NCBI GenBank assembly: GCA_964612505.1
Contig: CAZTEX010000011.1
Location: 1,441 to 65,440, forward strand
From: an uncultured bacterium
GTDB taxonomy: Bacteria > Chlamydiota > Chlamydiia > Chlamydiales > JAAZZY01
Direction of reading: 5' to 3'
Length of the DNA: 64,000 nucleotides
This document shows, piece after piece, positions 8,497 to 17,878 of this stretch. The translations under genes and the position numbers were made by a program. Below the pieces are notes generated by a model, which was not told the DNA's origin, searched no databases, and worked only from the letters and a program-made list of their open reading frames with translations. Positions within the stretch are counted from its first letter, which is position 1. Every line of letters begins with the position of its first letter.

Positions 8497-10509
8497 ATGT
8501 CAAGAATACTTTCAAATAAAATGAGCTTAGAAAAAAAGATTTCTTTTAATGAATTCTTTTCTTCTCAAGCAGATGAAACAATTAGCCCCTTTTTAACTCC
8601 AAACTCTAGAAAATGGGCGAAAAACCTCCCTTTGAAGGTCTCTCTTTTTTCTGGCTTTCTTCTTCTTATCGCCTTTGTCATCTCCTTTTTTCCAAATTTA
8701 CAATCACTCTCACTCATTTTACAAGTGATCATTTATTTCTTTGTAGGAACTCCCGCTCTTATTTCAGCTATTCGAGAAATCGTGGATTGGAAAATTAATA
8801 TAGATGTTTTGATGGTTTTTGCCGCATTCATCTCTATTTTTATCCACAGCAGCATGGAAGGATGTTTGCTACTCGTTCTTTTTTCAATTTCATCAGCGAT
8901 GGAAGCCTTTGTGACCTCCAAAGCCAAAAGTACTTTGAATCATTTAAGTGAGATGGCGCCAACTAGCGCGCTGGTAATCACAGCAAGTGGTAAAATTAAA
9001 GAAAGATCGGTCAAAGATGTTCTCATTGATGAAATTGTTTTAGTTCGAGCAGGAGATGTCGTCCCGCTGGACGGTGTGATTGTGGAAGGAAGTTCGATGT
9101 TAAATGTCGCTCATTTAACAGGTGAACATATTCCAATCACCGTTAAAGAAGGGTGTGATGTCGCTGCAGGATCTGTCAATATTGATGGCTCTTTAAAACT
9201 CAAAGTCACTAAAACAGGGGCGCAATCGACTATCTCAAAAATTATCCAATTAATTTGTGATGCCCATGAAGCAAGGCCCAAGCTGCAAACTTGGTTTGAT
9301 CGATTTGGACAGCGCTATTCTATTTTTGTGATGGCATCGAGTTTTATTTTTGCCCTCGGTTTACCTTTAGTCTTTTCAAATATAAGCTATCTTTCTGTTG
9401 AAGGATCTATCTATCGAGCTTTAGCCTATTTAATCGCAGCCTCTCCTTGCGCTTTAATTATTGCAGTTCCCATTGCCTATATCAGCGCTATTAATGCTTC
9501 AGCAAAACAAGGTATTATCTTAAAAGGGGGAATTACTTTAGATACTCTATCAAAAATTACGGCTATTGCTTTTGATAAAACAGGAACGCTGACTTCTGGA
9601 AAACTAGAATGTTTGTCTGTGGTCGATATTCATGGAAATCCATTAGCTGAAAATTTATCAGAAGTTTTATCGGTTGCCAAAGCCTTGGAGCAACATGCCA
9701 TTCATCCTATAGCCAAAGCCATTGTTGATTATGCTGAATTTAGAAAAATCTCTGCAGTCCCAATACACAACTGCCGGGCCTACCCAGGACTTGGTATTGA
9801 AGGGGAGGCTACAGTTGCTGGTAAGCCTTGCAATGTCGCCATTGGTAGCATTTCATATATCATTTCTAAATTGCCAGAAGACAAAATAGAACTGCTCAAA
9901 CACCAGCAAAATGAAGAGGGAAATTTGATGACAGCCATGACCATTGGTCAGTCTGTTTATTTATTTCAATTTGTAGACCATTTAAAACCAGAAGCCGCGA
10001 AGGTTTTAAAAGATTTAAAAGAGCATCTGCATCTTTCACTATATGTACTTAGTGGCGATAACCCTCAAAGTGTTCAGCGAATTGCTCAGAATCTTTGTGT
10101 CGATAAATACTTTGGTAACCTCAAACCTGAAGATAAACTCAAGCTGGTGGAGTATTACTCACAAGATGGGGGTTTGGCCATGGTAGGGGATGGGATTAAT
10201 GACACGCCGGCTTTAGCGCGTTCCTCCATAGGCATTGCCATGGGCAGCTTCGGTAGCCATATGGCCAATGAAATAGCCGAAGTTATCTTAATCAAAGATG
10301 ATCTTACTTTAATCGAAAAGGTCATCCTTAAAGCTAAAAAAACGTTGTATATTGTAAAGCAGAATGTCTGTCTTGCCTCAGTGATTATTATAGGCGTTTC
10401 TATCCCAGCTCTTTTTGGACTGATTCCTCTTTGGCTAGCAGTTGTTTGCCATGAAGGGGGAACTGTTTTAGTCGCTCTTAACAGTCTAAGGTTATTGAAA
10501 AATAACTAA
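8497..10509 (+). CDS. heavy-metal P1B-type ATPase, P1B-4-like (SPC / HEGGT signature, no N-terminal metal-binding domain)
   Basis: 670 aa. Motifs seen: DKTGTLT phosphorylation site, GDGINDTPAL hinge, TM motif AASPCALIIAVP and C-terminal TM motif CHEGGTVLVALNSLRL. There are no Cys residues in the N-terminal 50 residues. Confidence 0.9.
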   Translation: MSRILSNKMSLEKKISFNEFFSSQADETISPFLTPNSRKWAKNLPLKVSLFSGFLLLIAFVISFFPNLQSLSLILQVIIYFFVGTPALISAIREIVDWKINIDVLMVFAAFISIFIHSSMEGCLLLVLFSISSAMEAFVTSKAKSTLNHLSEMAPTSALVITASGKIKERSVKDVLIDEIVLVRAGDVVPLDGVIVEGSSMLNVAHLTGEHIPITVKEGCDVAAGSVNIDGSLKLKVTKTGAQSTISKIIQLICDAHEARPKLQTWFDRFGQRYSIFVMASSFIFALGLPLVFSNISYLSVEGSIYRALAYLIAASPCALIIAVPIAYISAINASAKQGIILKGGITLDTLSKITAIAFDKTGTLTSGKLECLSVVDIHGNPLAENLSEVLSVAKALEQHAIHPIAKAIVDYAEFRKISAVPIHNCRAYPGLGIEGEATVAGKPCNVAIGSISYIISKLPEDKIELLKHQQNEEGNLMTAMTIGQSVYLFQFVDHLKPEAAKVLKDLKEHLHLSLYVLSGDNPQSVQRIAQNLCVDKYFGNLKPEDKLKLVEYYSQDGGLAMVGDGINDTPALARSSIGIAMGSFGSHMANEIAEVILIKDDLTLIEKVILKAKKTLYIVKQNVCLASVIIIGVSIPALFGLIPLWLAVVCHEGGTVLVALNSLRLLKNN

Positions 10510-10634
10510 TTGTCCGAGCTTTTCTCTCTCTTTTTATAAAAATCTAAGTACTGAAACATAGACACTTAAGTTTACTTGATAAAATATCGACGCCGAGATA
10601 TGAGGAGGTTTAGGTTAACCGAGCCTTAAGTCAT

Positions 10635-13600
10635 ATGGATAACATGCGCGACCAGCTCATGCGAGCAATTCAAAAAGAATCTGAGCAATTTCGAGAGTAT
10701 TATCTATGGCTTGAAGGGGCCATGCCTAAGGAATTTTTTGCTGACATTAAATTTGAAGATATCATCTTAATTACCCATAGCTTAATGGGGTTTCATCTAG
10801 AGAATTTTTACTCACAGATCAACTTAAAAAGAGGGGCTATCGTTCTTTGTCTGGAGCAGCCCAAAGCAGATATCAAGATTTTGAAAAAATTTAGTCTTTA
10901 TGGGATCAAATATTACTGCGCCCACGTTTCAAATCAACCCGCTCCAATCAAAGGGATTACAGCTAAATTGCGGATTGTGATCATTGATTTTTTCGAGCAT
11001 GATGAAAGTTGTGAGCTCCCGTTTGCGGATCAAGAAAAACATAGATTAAAAACGCTTGTTCAAGAACGAGATAAAGAAATCACTGATAGTGAATTTGATA
11101 AGTTATTACAACAAGTCAATAATCGCTTCTTAACGACCGTTTCTTTAGATCGTGTCGCACTAGCTATTAACATGATGCATCGAGCTCAAAGTCGCGATCA
11201 TTGTCAATATGAAGTGCGCTATAACGAAGATTGGAAACAAAATAACAGCTCTTCGATGTATATAGCCTTTGCTTGGAAAAATACATCGCGCGCTAATTTC
11301 TTTTATAATTTAGCCAAAGTGATTTACAGACATAACCTGATCATGAAGCGCGTGAATGCCAGCCGCATTAACCCTCATACTGAAGATAATATTTTAATTA
11401 TGGTTATTGATCTTCAGGGGGCCAATGAGCTGCCTGCCTGGGAAGTCACTGATATCCAAGATTTTTTAAAGGAAATGGTTACAGTAAAATACTTTAATCA
11501 ACAGGATTTAATTGAAAAGGTTTTTGTAGAAACCAATCTTGTTCGCGGAAATGTGGCCCATTTTATTCGCTCGATCATCGATTTTATTCATCAAATATTA
11601 GTTCAAGTAGATCCTTATAAATATACACTTGCGAGTATTGAAGAGACGCTGTGTCAACATCCGGAGCTAATAAAACTAATCAGTGAAGCTTTTGAGAGTA
11701 AATTTCATCCTGAGCAGCATGATCTTGAAAAGTATAAAAAAATACGTGATCAGTGCTTAACAGCAGTCAAAGATTTAGATACTGGAAAAGAAAACATCGA
11801 TCAAATCCATAAGAATATCTTGGGTCAAGCGGCTAATTTTGTAGAATTTATGTTAAAAACAAATTTCTATCGCAATAACAAAGTAGCTCTTGCCTTTCGT
11901 TTAGACCCTGCCTTTTTAGATCATGCTCCTTTTGATCGTAAAACTATTTTTCCTGTTTTGCCTTACGCTATTTTTTATATTAAAGGACTTTGCTTTTTTA
12001 GTTTTCATATCCGCTTTAAAGATTTGGCTCGAGGAGGGCTGCGAACTGTTATTCCTAAGCGAAAGGAATTTATCGAGATAGAACGCAACGAAGTGTTTAT
12101 GGAAACCTATTCACTTGCTTTTACCCAGCAGAAGAAAAACAAAGACATTCCTGAAGGTGGGGCTAAAGCCGTTATTTTCCTTGAGCCATCTGGTCAAATA
12201 GAACTCGAAAAAGAATTGTATGCTTTAGAACTCAGAAAAGAGAAATTAACTCCTGCAGAAATGGAAACCAAACTGGCAGCCTCTGTGGAAGTAGAAAAAC
12301 TTTATTATTTACATCAAGCTCAGCGTTCTTTTGTAGATGCTCTCTTATCTTTAATTAATTGTGAAGCTGATGGGACTTTAAGAGCTAAAAATATCTACAG
12401 CTATTATCCAAAGCCTGAGTATATCTATCTTGGGCCTGATGAAAATATGCACATTGAAATGATTGTTTGGATTGCTCAGCATAGTAAAAAGCATGGCTAT
12501 AAGCCAGGTTCTTCCTTTATCTCTTCGAAGCCTAAAATCGGGATTAACCATAAAGAGCATGGGGTAACTTCACTGGGCGTGAATGTCTATATGCACCAGG
12601 TTTTGGAGTATTTGGGCATTAATCCTCATAAAGATACTTTCACTGTCAAAATGTCAGGGGGGCCTGATGGAGATGTGGCCGGAAACCAAATGAAGAATCT
12701 CTATAAATATTACCCCAATACAGCCAAATTTCTCGCAACAACCGATATTTCTGGAACTATTTATGATCCTATTGGACTTGATCTCAAAGAAATGGTTCGT
12801 CTTTTTGATCTTGAGCAACCATTGAATCGCTACAACCCTGAATTGCTTAATGAAGGTGGATTTTTAGTAGATACTCAGCAAAAAAGAGAGCAGAGTCACT
12901 ATGCTCAGCAGACACTTTGCTGGAGAAAAAAAGATGGGAAATTAGTTCAAGATTGGCTTTCTGGTAATGAGATGAACAGCTTATTGCGTCATAATGTCCA
13001 TCAGACCTTAGCAGATGTGTTTATTCCCTGCGGTGGAAGACCAGCAACCTTAAATTCACATAATTATACCGATTTCTTAGATGCCCATCATAACCCTACT
13101 TCAAAGGCTATTATTGAAGGCGCGAACTTATATCTCACCGCCAAAGCGCGCCGAGAGCTTGAAAAATTAGGTGTGTTAATTATTAAAGATAGCTCTGCCA
13201 ATAAAGGGGGAGTGACTGCTTCAAGTTTTGAAATTTTATGTGGTCTTGCACTCAAAGATGAAGAAATGATCAAGTATCATCAGGAGATTGTCAGTGAAAC
13301 ATTGAAAATCCTTGAACTACGCTCACTTGAAGAGGCTCAATTAATGCTACGCACTCATAAAGAAGAGGGCTCGTTTTTAACCGATATTTCAGACAAAATT
13401 TCACAAAAAATTAACTTATATACTTATCAGCTTTTAGACTACTTAGAGACCACAACCATTTCTAATAATCCCAAAGATCCATTGATTCAATGCTATCTCT
13501 CTTATTGCCCTAAGTTTTTACAGGAGAAATTCCAAGATCGGCTGATTAATGAGGTCCCAGATGTTCATAAAAAAGCCATCATTTCATGTTATTTAGCGTC

Positions 13601-13694
13601 GCGAGTTGTCTATCGTATGGGGCTCAATTGGTCGCCGACTTTAGTCGGAATTCTTCCTATATTATTATCAGATCCAGAGCTGGGATTGGGCTAA
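10635..13694 (+). CDS. large NAD-specific glutamate dehydrogenase (~115 kDa class)
   Basis: 1019 aa. The GDH catalytic core is visible (..ARGGLRTV.., ..KDIPEGGAKAVIF.., ..GPDENM.., ..GINHKEHGVTSLGV.., ..MSGGPDGDVAGN.., ..EGANLYLT.., ..IKDSSANKGGVTASSFE..), with long N- and C-terminal extensions. Confidence 0.85.
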   Translation: MDNMRDQLMRAIQKESEQFREYYLWLEGAMPKEFFADIKFEDIILITHSLMGFHLENFYSQINLKRGAIVLCLEQPKADIKILKKFSLYGIKYYCAHVSNQPAPIKGITAKLRIVIIDFFEHDESCELPFADQEKHRLKTLVQERDKEITDSEFDKLLQQVNNRFLTTVSLDRVALAINMMHRAQSRDHCQYEVRYNEDWKQNNSSSMYIAFAWKNTSRANFFYNLAKVIYRHNLIMKRVNASRINPHTEDNILIMVIDLQGANELPAWEVTDIQDFLKEMVTVKYFNQQDLIEKVFVETNLVRGNVAHFIRSIIDFIHQILVQVDPYKYTLASIEETLCQHPELIKLISEAFESKFHPEQHDLEKYKKIRDQCLTAVKDLDTGKENIDQIHKNILGQAANFVEFMLKTNFYRNNKVALAFRLDPAFLDHAPFDRKTIFPVLPYAIFYIKGLCFFSFHIRFKDLARGGLRTVIPKRKEFIEIERNEVFMETYSLAFTQQKKNKDIPEGGAKAVIFLEPSGQIELEKELYALELRKEKLTPAEMETKLAASVEVEKLYYLHQAQRSFVDALLSLINCEADGTLRAKNIYSYYPKPEYIYLGPDENMHIEMIVWIAQHSKKHGYKPGSSFISSKPKIGINHKEHGVTSLGVNVYMHQVLEYLGINPHKDTFTVKMSGGPDGDVAGNQMKNLYKYYPNTAKFLATTDISGTIYDPIGLDLKEMVRLFDLEQPLNRYNPELLNEGGFLVDTQQKREQSHYAQQTLCWRKKDGKLVQDWLSGNEMNSLLRHNVHQTLADVFIPCGGRPATLNSHNYTDFLDAHHNPTSKAIIEGANLYLTAKARRELEKLGVLIIKDSSANKGGVTASSFEILCGLALKDEEMIKYHQEIVSETLKILELRSLEEAQLMLRTHKEEGSFLTDISDKISQKINLYTYQLLDYLETTTISNNPKDPLIQCYLSYCPKFLQEKFQDRLINEVPDVHKKAIISCYLASRVVYRMGLNWSPTLVGILPILLSDPELGLG

Positions 13695-14959
13695 CCCTTT
13701 TGTGCCAAATAATTTTCTATGCATTGCATGATGTCTTGGCAACGATGATAAATAGTGTGTTTAGAAAGAATTTTTTTATGCAGGTTCATTCCAATTTCAT
13801 GACAAAGTGCTGGTTTGTCTTTAAGGTAATTGAATTTATCTAATGCTTCTTCTTGAGTTTCAAACCCCACAACATCTCTTTCTGGGTCAATAAAATCTGC
13901 CATGAGCTTTGCTCGATCTGTTAAAAGGCAAGTCGCTGTAGTCGCAGCTTCAAATACTCTAAAATTTCCGCCATGGCCAGGCTCATCAATATGTAGATTT
14001 AAAGTAATTTGAGATTCTGCCAGTAATTGATAATATTCTTTTCCATAGACCGCAGGATAAACATGTTTATTAAATTGATAACCAATAGGCGCTCTCTGCT
14101 CCCAGGATTCATAAACAGTTTCAAGAGTTTCTCCTGCTAAGAGAGCACAAAAAAAAGGTTTAAGATAAGCATGCTTTTTAATCTTCATCAGTTTTAAGAT
14201 TTTATCTGTAGGTTGATTTAAAATTTTTAAAGCGTAGGATGGGTCATGATATAATTTTTTTTTGTAGGGAAGAAGTTCACTGATCCAAGCTTGAAGAGGA
14301 GTGCTTTTTAAGAAAAATTTTAGGAAGGATAAACGTTTATAATGATCTTCTAAACTATATCCTGAACTACCAGCAAAGGTAAAAAGATATTTTTTTTCAC
14401 TCGAATACTTTGTTAAATCATAGCCTGGTAAGATGTCAGCTCCTGATCGAATACAATATGTGTTTTCAACCACTCTTTTAAATTGACTAGCCATTTTAGG
14501 CGTGATATTGATGATGACATCATAGCCTTTAAATAAAGGCAATAAGTGTTCTTCGGTTTGAGCTCCTATCCATAAAATAATTGCTTTTAAAAAAGGGAAT
14601 TCTTTTTTTAAAGATTCTCTAAATGCAGGGCTTATTAAAGCCCAGTAGCATCTTTCAACATAGAGAAGATCTGGCTTATAATGGGCAATAATGGACTTTA
14701 GCGCTTGCTCATAGGACTGAAATAAAATTTTTTGCTCTTTGCACCACCTGACTAAGAATGGTTTGTGCGTCAGGATGTCTGTGCAATCCCAGCCAAGTTG
14801 TTTGATGGAGGGAGTAAAATGCTTTGGAACAATTCCACCAATTTCATAACAGTAATTTAAAAGCTCAACAGAGGAAAAATGAGGATGCTTGATTGCAATT
14901 TGATCAACATCAAAGTAAAAATTCGGAAGGTTAACTAATCGCAACAGTTTCATGAGCAA
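13691..14959 (-). CDS. CgeB-family glycosyltransferase-like protein (Glyco_trans_1_2 / DUF3880 type)
   Basis: 422 aa. The C-terminal ..NFRVFEAATTATCLLTDRAKLMADFIDPERDVVGFETQEEALDKFNYLKDKP..LSKHTIYHRCQ.. matches the CgeB-type GT1 C-terminal domain pattern, by eye. Confidence 0.55.
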   Translation of the reverse strand: MLMKLLRLVNLPNFYFDVDQIAIKHPHFSSVELLNYCYEIGGIVPKHFTPSIKQLGWDCTDILTHKPFLVRWCKEQKILFQSYEQALKSIIAHYKPDLLYVERCYWALISPAFRESLKKEFPFLKAIILWIGAQTEEHLLPLFKGYDVIINITPKMASQFKRVVENTYCIRSGADILPGYDLTKYSSEKKYLFTFAGSSGYSLEDHYKRLSFLKFFLKSTPLQAWISELLPYKKKLYHDPSYALKILNQPTDKILKLMKIKKHAYLKPFFCALLAGETLETVYESWEQRAPIGYQFNKHVYPAVYGKEYYQLLAESQITLNLHIDEPGHGGNFRVFEAATTATCLLTDRAKLMADFIDPERDVVGFETQEEALDKFNYLKDKPALCHEIGMNLHKKILSKHTIYHRCQDIMQCIENYLAQKG

Positions 14960-14967
14960 TAAATCTT

Positions 14968-16134
14968 TTAGGGCTCAAAATAATGTTTTATGTGACTCAT
15001 TACATATTCAGCTTGAGAAGTGTCGAGTTCAGGACATAGTGGTAAGCTCAATAATGTTTGGCAAGCTTTTTCTGTCTCTCGTAAATCAATCGGTTGATAA
15101 AAGGTCGAATCGAGATAAGCAGGTTGCTTATGAATAGGAGTAGGGTAGTGCAGCCCCACTTCAATATTCTGTGATTTTAGATAGTCCAATAATTCATTTC
15201 TCATAGATTCTGTGGCAAGCCGAATCACAAAAAGATGCCAAACTGGAGTTGCCTTAGGATGTACTCCAGGCAATAGGCATGGCAACTGCTTTAATTGGTG
15301 CAAATAGCTTTTGGCTATATCTGCACGTTGCTTATTCCAATGATTTAAGTACTTTAATTTTACATTCAAAATAGCTGCTTGTAAATTGTCCAGCCTACTA
15401 TTTCTTCCAAAGCAATGATGGATATATTTTTCTTTTTCTTTCCTTCCATGTAGAGCAATTTGCCTTGCTTTTTCAATTAAACCAGCATGGCGGCTAACCA
15501 TAGCCCCCCCATCCCCATAGCAACCTAAATTTTTTCCAGGAAAAAAGCTAAAGCAACCTATGTCACCTAAAAGACCTGCGCGCACTCCATTCCAGGATGC
15601 GCCGTGAGCTTGAGCTGCATCTTCAATAACAAATAAATTGTGTTTTTTGGCGATTCTATTGATTTCATCCATGTTGCATGTTTGACCGTAAAGGTGAACA
15701 GCAATAATCCCTTTAGTTTTAGAGGTAATTTTCTCTTCAATTTTTGTCGTATCCATGAGCATGGTTTTTGGATCGATGTCTACAAATTTGGGGATAGCAT
15801 GGTGGGTTACGATAGCTTCTGCAGTGGCAAAAAAACTATATGAAACTGTAATAATTTCATCACCAGGAGCGACATCAAAGACTTGAAGTGCGATTTCTAA
15901 AGCATCGGTGCCATTGGCGCACGATGCGCAATAAACTTCTTTTTTTTCTTTAAAAATCGTTTGAGAACAAAATTCAGCAAAATTTTGTTCAAATAATTGA
16001 ACTTGTTTCCCTTGAATAAATTGAGTCTGCTCTAAAACTTCTTTAATGGAATGATCCATTTCTTGAGCAAGAGCACTATATTGAGCTTTTAGATTAACGA
16101 AAGGAACTTTGAGCGAGGGAATCACAGATTTCAA
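14968..16134 (-). CDS. DegT/DnrJ/EryC1/StrS family PLP-dependent sugar aminotransferase (WbpE/GnnB-like)
   Basis: 388 aa. Motifs ..NGTDALEIAL.., ..EDAAQAHGA.., ..SFFPGKNLGCYGDGGAMV.. The track start is a TTG (a GTG lies 3 codons in). It overlaps the 3' end of the upstream oxidoreductase gene by ~40 nt. Confidence 0.9.
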   Translation of the reverse strand: MKSVIPSLKVPFVNLKAQYSALAQEMDHSIKEVLEQTQFIQGKQVQLFEQNFAEFCSQTIFKEKKEVYCASCANGTDALEIALQVFDVAPGDEIITVSYSFFATAEAIVTHHAIPKFVDIDPKTMLMDTTKIEEKITSKTKGIIAVHLYGQTCNMDEINRIAKKHNLFVIEDAAQAHGASWNGVRAGLLGDIGCFSFFPGKNLGCYGDGGAMVSRHAGLIEKARQIALHGRKEKEKYIHHCFGRNSRLDNLQAAILNVKLKYLNHWNKQRADIAKSYLHQLKQLPCLLPGVHPKATPVWHLFVIRLATESMRNELLDYLKSQNIEVGLHYPTPIHKQPAYLDSTFYQPIDLRETEKACQTLLSLPLCPELDTSQAEYVMSHIKHYFEP

Positions 16135-17110
16135 TGGTCTCTCCTTTATTTTTCAGGGATTTATCACCAGCTTCAAGAAGGTTAACAACGTCGCAAGCAT
16201 GCTTTGCATCCGTCGGGCAACTAGCTTGATTATTTATATATTGAATAAAGCACCTAGCTTCATTAATCAAAGGTTCAGTGATCTCTAATAAGGGTTTAAT
16301 TCCTTCTTTGGAAGTATAATGATACTGTTGGTTTAGTTTTTTGATGGATTTTGGATGGATCATAATTTTATGTTCTTTTTGACTGTCATCAAAAACAAAC
16401 GTTTGATCAGTTCCCACGACTGTAAATTTGCGAATTTTCTCAGGGTAAAACCAATTAACATCAATGGTGCCAATCGTTCCGTCATTCCAACGTAAGACAG
16501 CATGGGCAAAATCTTCTTGCTCTGGGTGAAAAAAATTACCACCTTGTACAGAGATAGAGGAAGGAAGTTCTCCATTTTTTAAATAAAGCATCATACTGAT
16601 ATCATGAGGAGCAAAATTCCACCATGCATTGACATCGTCTCGAACTTTTCCAAAATTTAGCCTCGCAGAGGATAAGTAAAGCAGTTGTCCAATAGTTGAA
16701 AGATTTTTTTTCATGTAGTGAAGTGCTTCATGGTATAGAAAAACATGACCGACCATCACTTTTCTATCCATTTCTTCTGCAATTTGTTTAAGCTCAATAG
16801 ATTGATGATATTGAGTTGTCAGGGGTTTTTCGACAAAAATATGCTTTTTAGCAAGCAAAGCCTCTTTAGCTATTTGATAGTGAGATTCAGCAGGAGTTGA
16901 GATAATAACAGCGTCATATTGGGGGAGTAGGGCTTCTCTCCAATGGGTTGTTAATTTGCAAAGAGGATTCTCTTTAGCTATTTCTTGGTGTCGATTGGGA
17001 TTGCTATCCACAATTAAATCTATTTGGCAATCAGATATTTGGGAAAAAGCTTTGGTTAAATTGGGTCCCCATAAACCATATCCAATTTGAGCTAAGCGTA
17101 ATTTTTTCAT
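16094..17110 (-). CDS. Gfo/Idh/MocA family NAD-dependent sugar oxidoreductase (WbpB/GnnA-like)
   Basis: 338 aa. N-terminal Rossmann motif LRLAQIGYGLWGPN, plus ..HIFVEKPL.. and the typical C-terminal alpha/beta domain. Confidence 0.85.
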   Translation of the reverse strand: MKKLRLAQIGYGLWGPNLTKAFSQISDCQIDLIVDSNPNRHQEIAKENPLCKLTTHWREALLPQYDAVIISTPAESHYQIAKEALLAKKHIFVEKPLTTQYHQSIELKQIAEEMDRKVMVGHVFLYHEALHYMKKNLSTIGQLLYLSSARLNFGKVRDDVNAWWNFAPHDISMMLYLKNGELPSSISVQGGNFFHPEQEDFAHAVLRWNDGTIGTIDVNWFYPEKIRKFTVVGTDQTFVFDDSQKEHKIMIHPKSIKKLNQQYHYTSKEGIKPLLEITEPLINEARCFIQYINNQASCPTDAKHACDVVNLLEAGDKSLKNKGETIEICDSLAQSSFR

Positions 17111-17273
17111 AGAGAGAATTTTGTTAAAATGGAAGCCTTTTAGTGAAGCCGATGATTTTGTTTTTTCAATAAAAAAAAATCAAGCTGTTTTTATTTAGAA
17201 AAAATTTAATAATATGCAAATCTTACTTTAAACAAATAGTAACTATTAAACGTTAATTAGAGGAAATATAAAA

Positions 17274-17873
17274 TTGCTGATGGATGAAACCTTGACTAAG
17301 CAGAATTATTTTATTCATGAATCTAGTTATATTGATGAGGGCGTTCACCTTGGAGAAGGTACAGAAATTTGGCACTTCTGCCATATTCTCAAAGGAGCAA
17401 AGATCGGAAGTTACTGTAAAATAGGTCAAAATGTGATGGTAGACGCAGGGGTGATGATAGGCTCTAGGTGTAAGATACAAAATAATGTCAGCATCTATAA
17501 AGGGGTTATTTTAGAAGACGGGGTATTTTGTGGACCATCTTGCGTTTTTACCAACGTTATAAATCCAAGAGCTGAAATCGAAAGAAAAAATGAGATCAAA
17601 ACAACTCGAGTGCAAAGAGGGGCTACTATTGGAGCCAATGCGACAGTGGTTTGTGGTGTTACAATTGGTAAATATTGTTTAATTGGTGCAGGTGCTGTAG
17701 TTACTAAGGATGTCAAAGATCATGCTTTAATGATGGGTTGTCCAGCTAGACAAACTGGCTGGGTCAGTCATGCAGGTGAAATTTTAGGTAAAGATTTAAT
17801 TTGTCCAAGAGAGAAGATTCATTACCATTTAGTAAGAGATGAATTTGATCAAATACAGCTAATGAAAAAGTAA
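17274..17873 (+). CDS. left-handed beta-helix (hexapeptide) N-acetyltransferase, WbpD-like
   Basis: 199 aa. Hexapeptide repeats plus ..KIQNNVSIYKGVILEDGVFCGPSCVFTNVINPRAEIERK..GATIGANATVVCGVTIGKYCLIGAGAVVTKDV..GCPARQTGWVS.., as in UDP-2-acetamido-3-amino-2,3-dideoxy-sugar N-acetyltransferases. The start is TTG 17274 or ATG 17280. Confidence 0.85.
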   Translation: MLMDETLTKQNYFIHESSYIDEGVHLGEGTEIWHFCHILKGAKIGSYCKIGQNVMVDAGVMIGSRCKIQNNVSIYKGVILEDGVFCGPSCVFTNVINPRAEIERKNEIKTTRVQRGATIGANATVVCGVTIGKYCLIGAGAVVTKDVKDHALMMGCPARQTGWVSHAGEILGKDLICPREKIHYHLVRDEFDQIQLMKK

Positions 17874-17878
17874 AACCA

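Noticed and set aside
13586-13843. An 85-aa ORF spanning the gdh / glycosyltransferase convergent junction.
   Set aside because: It is out of frame with gdh and antisense to the glycosyltransferase gene. It is a shadow ORF.
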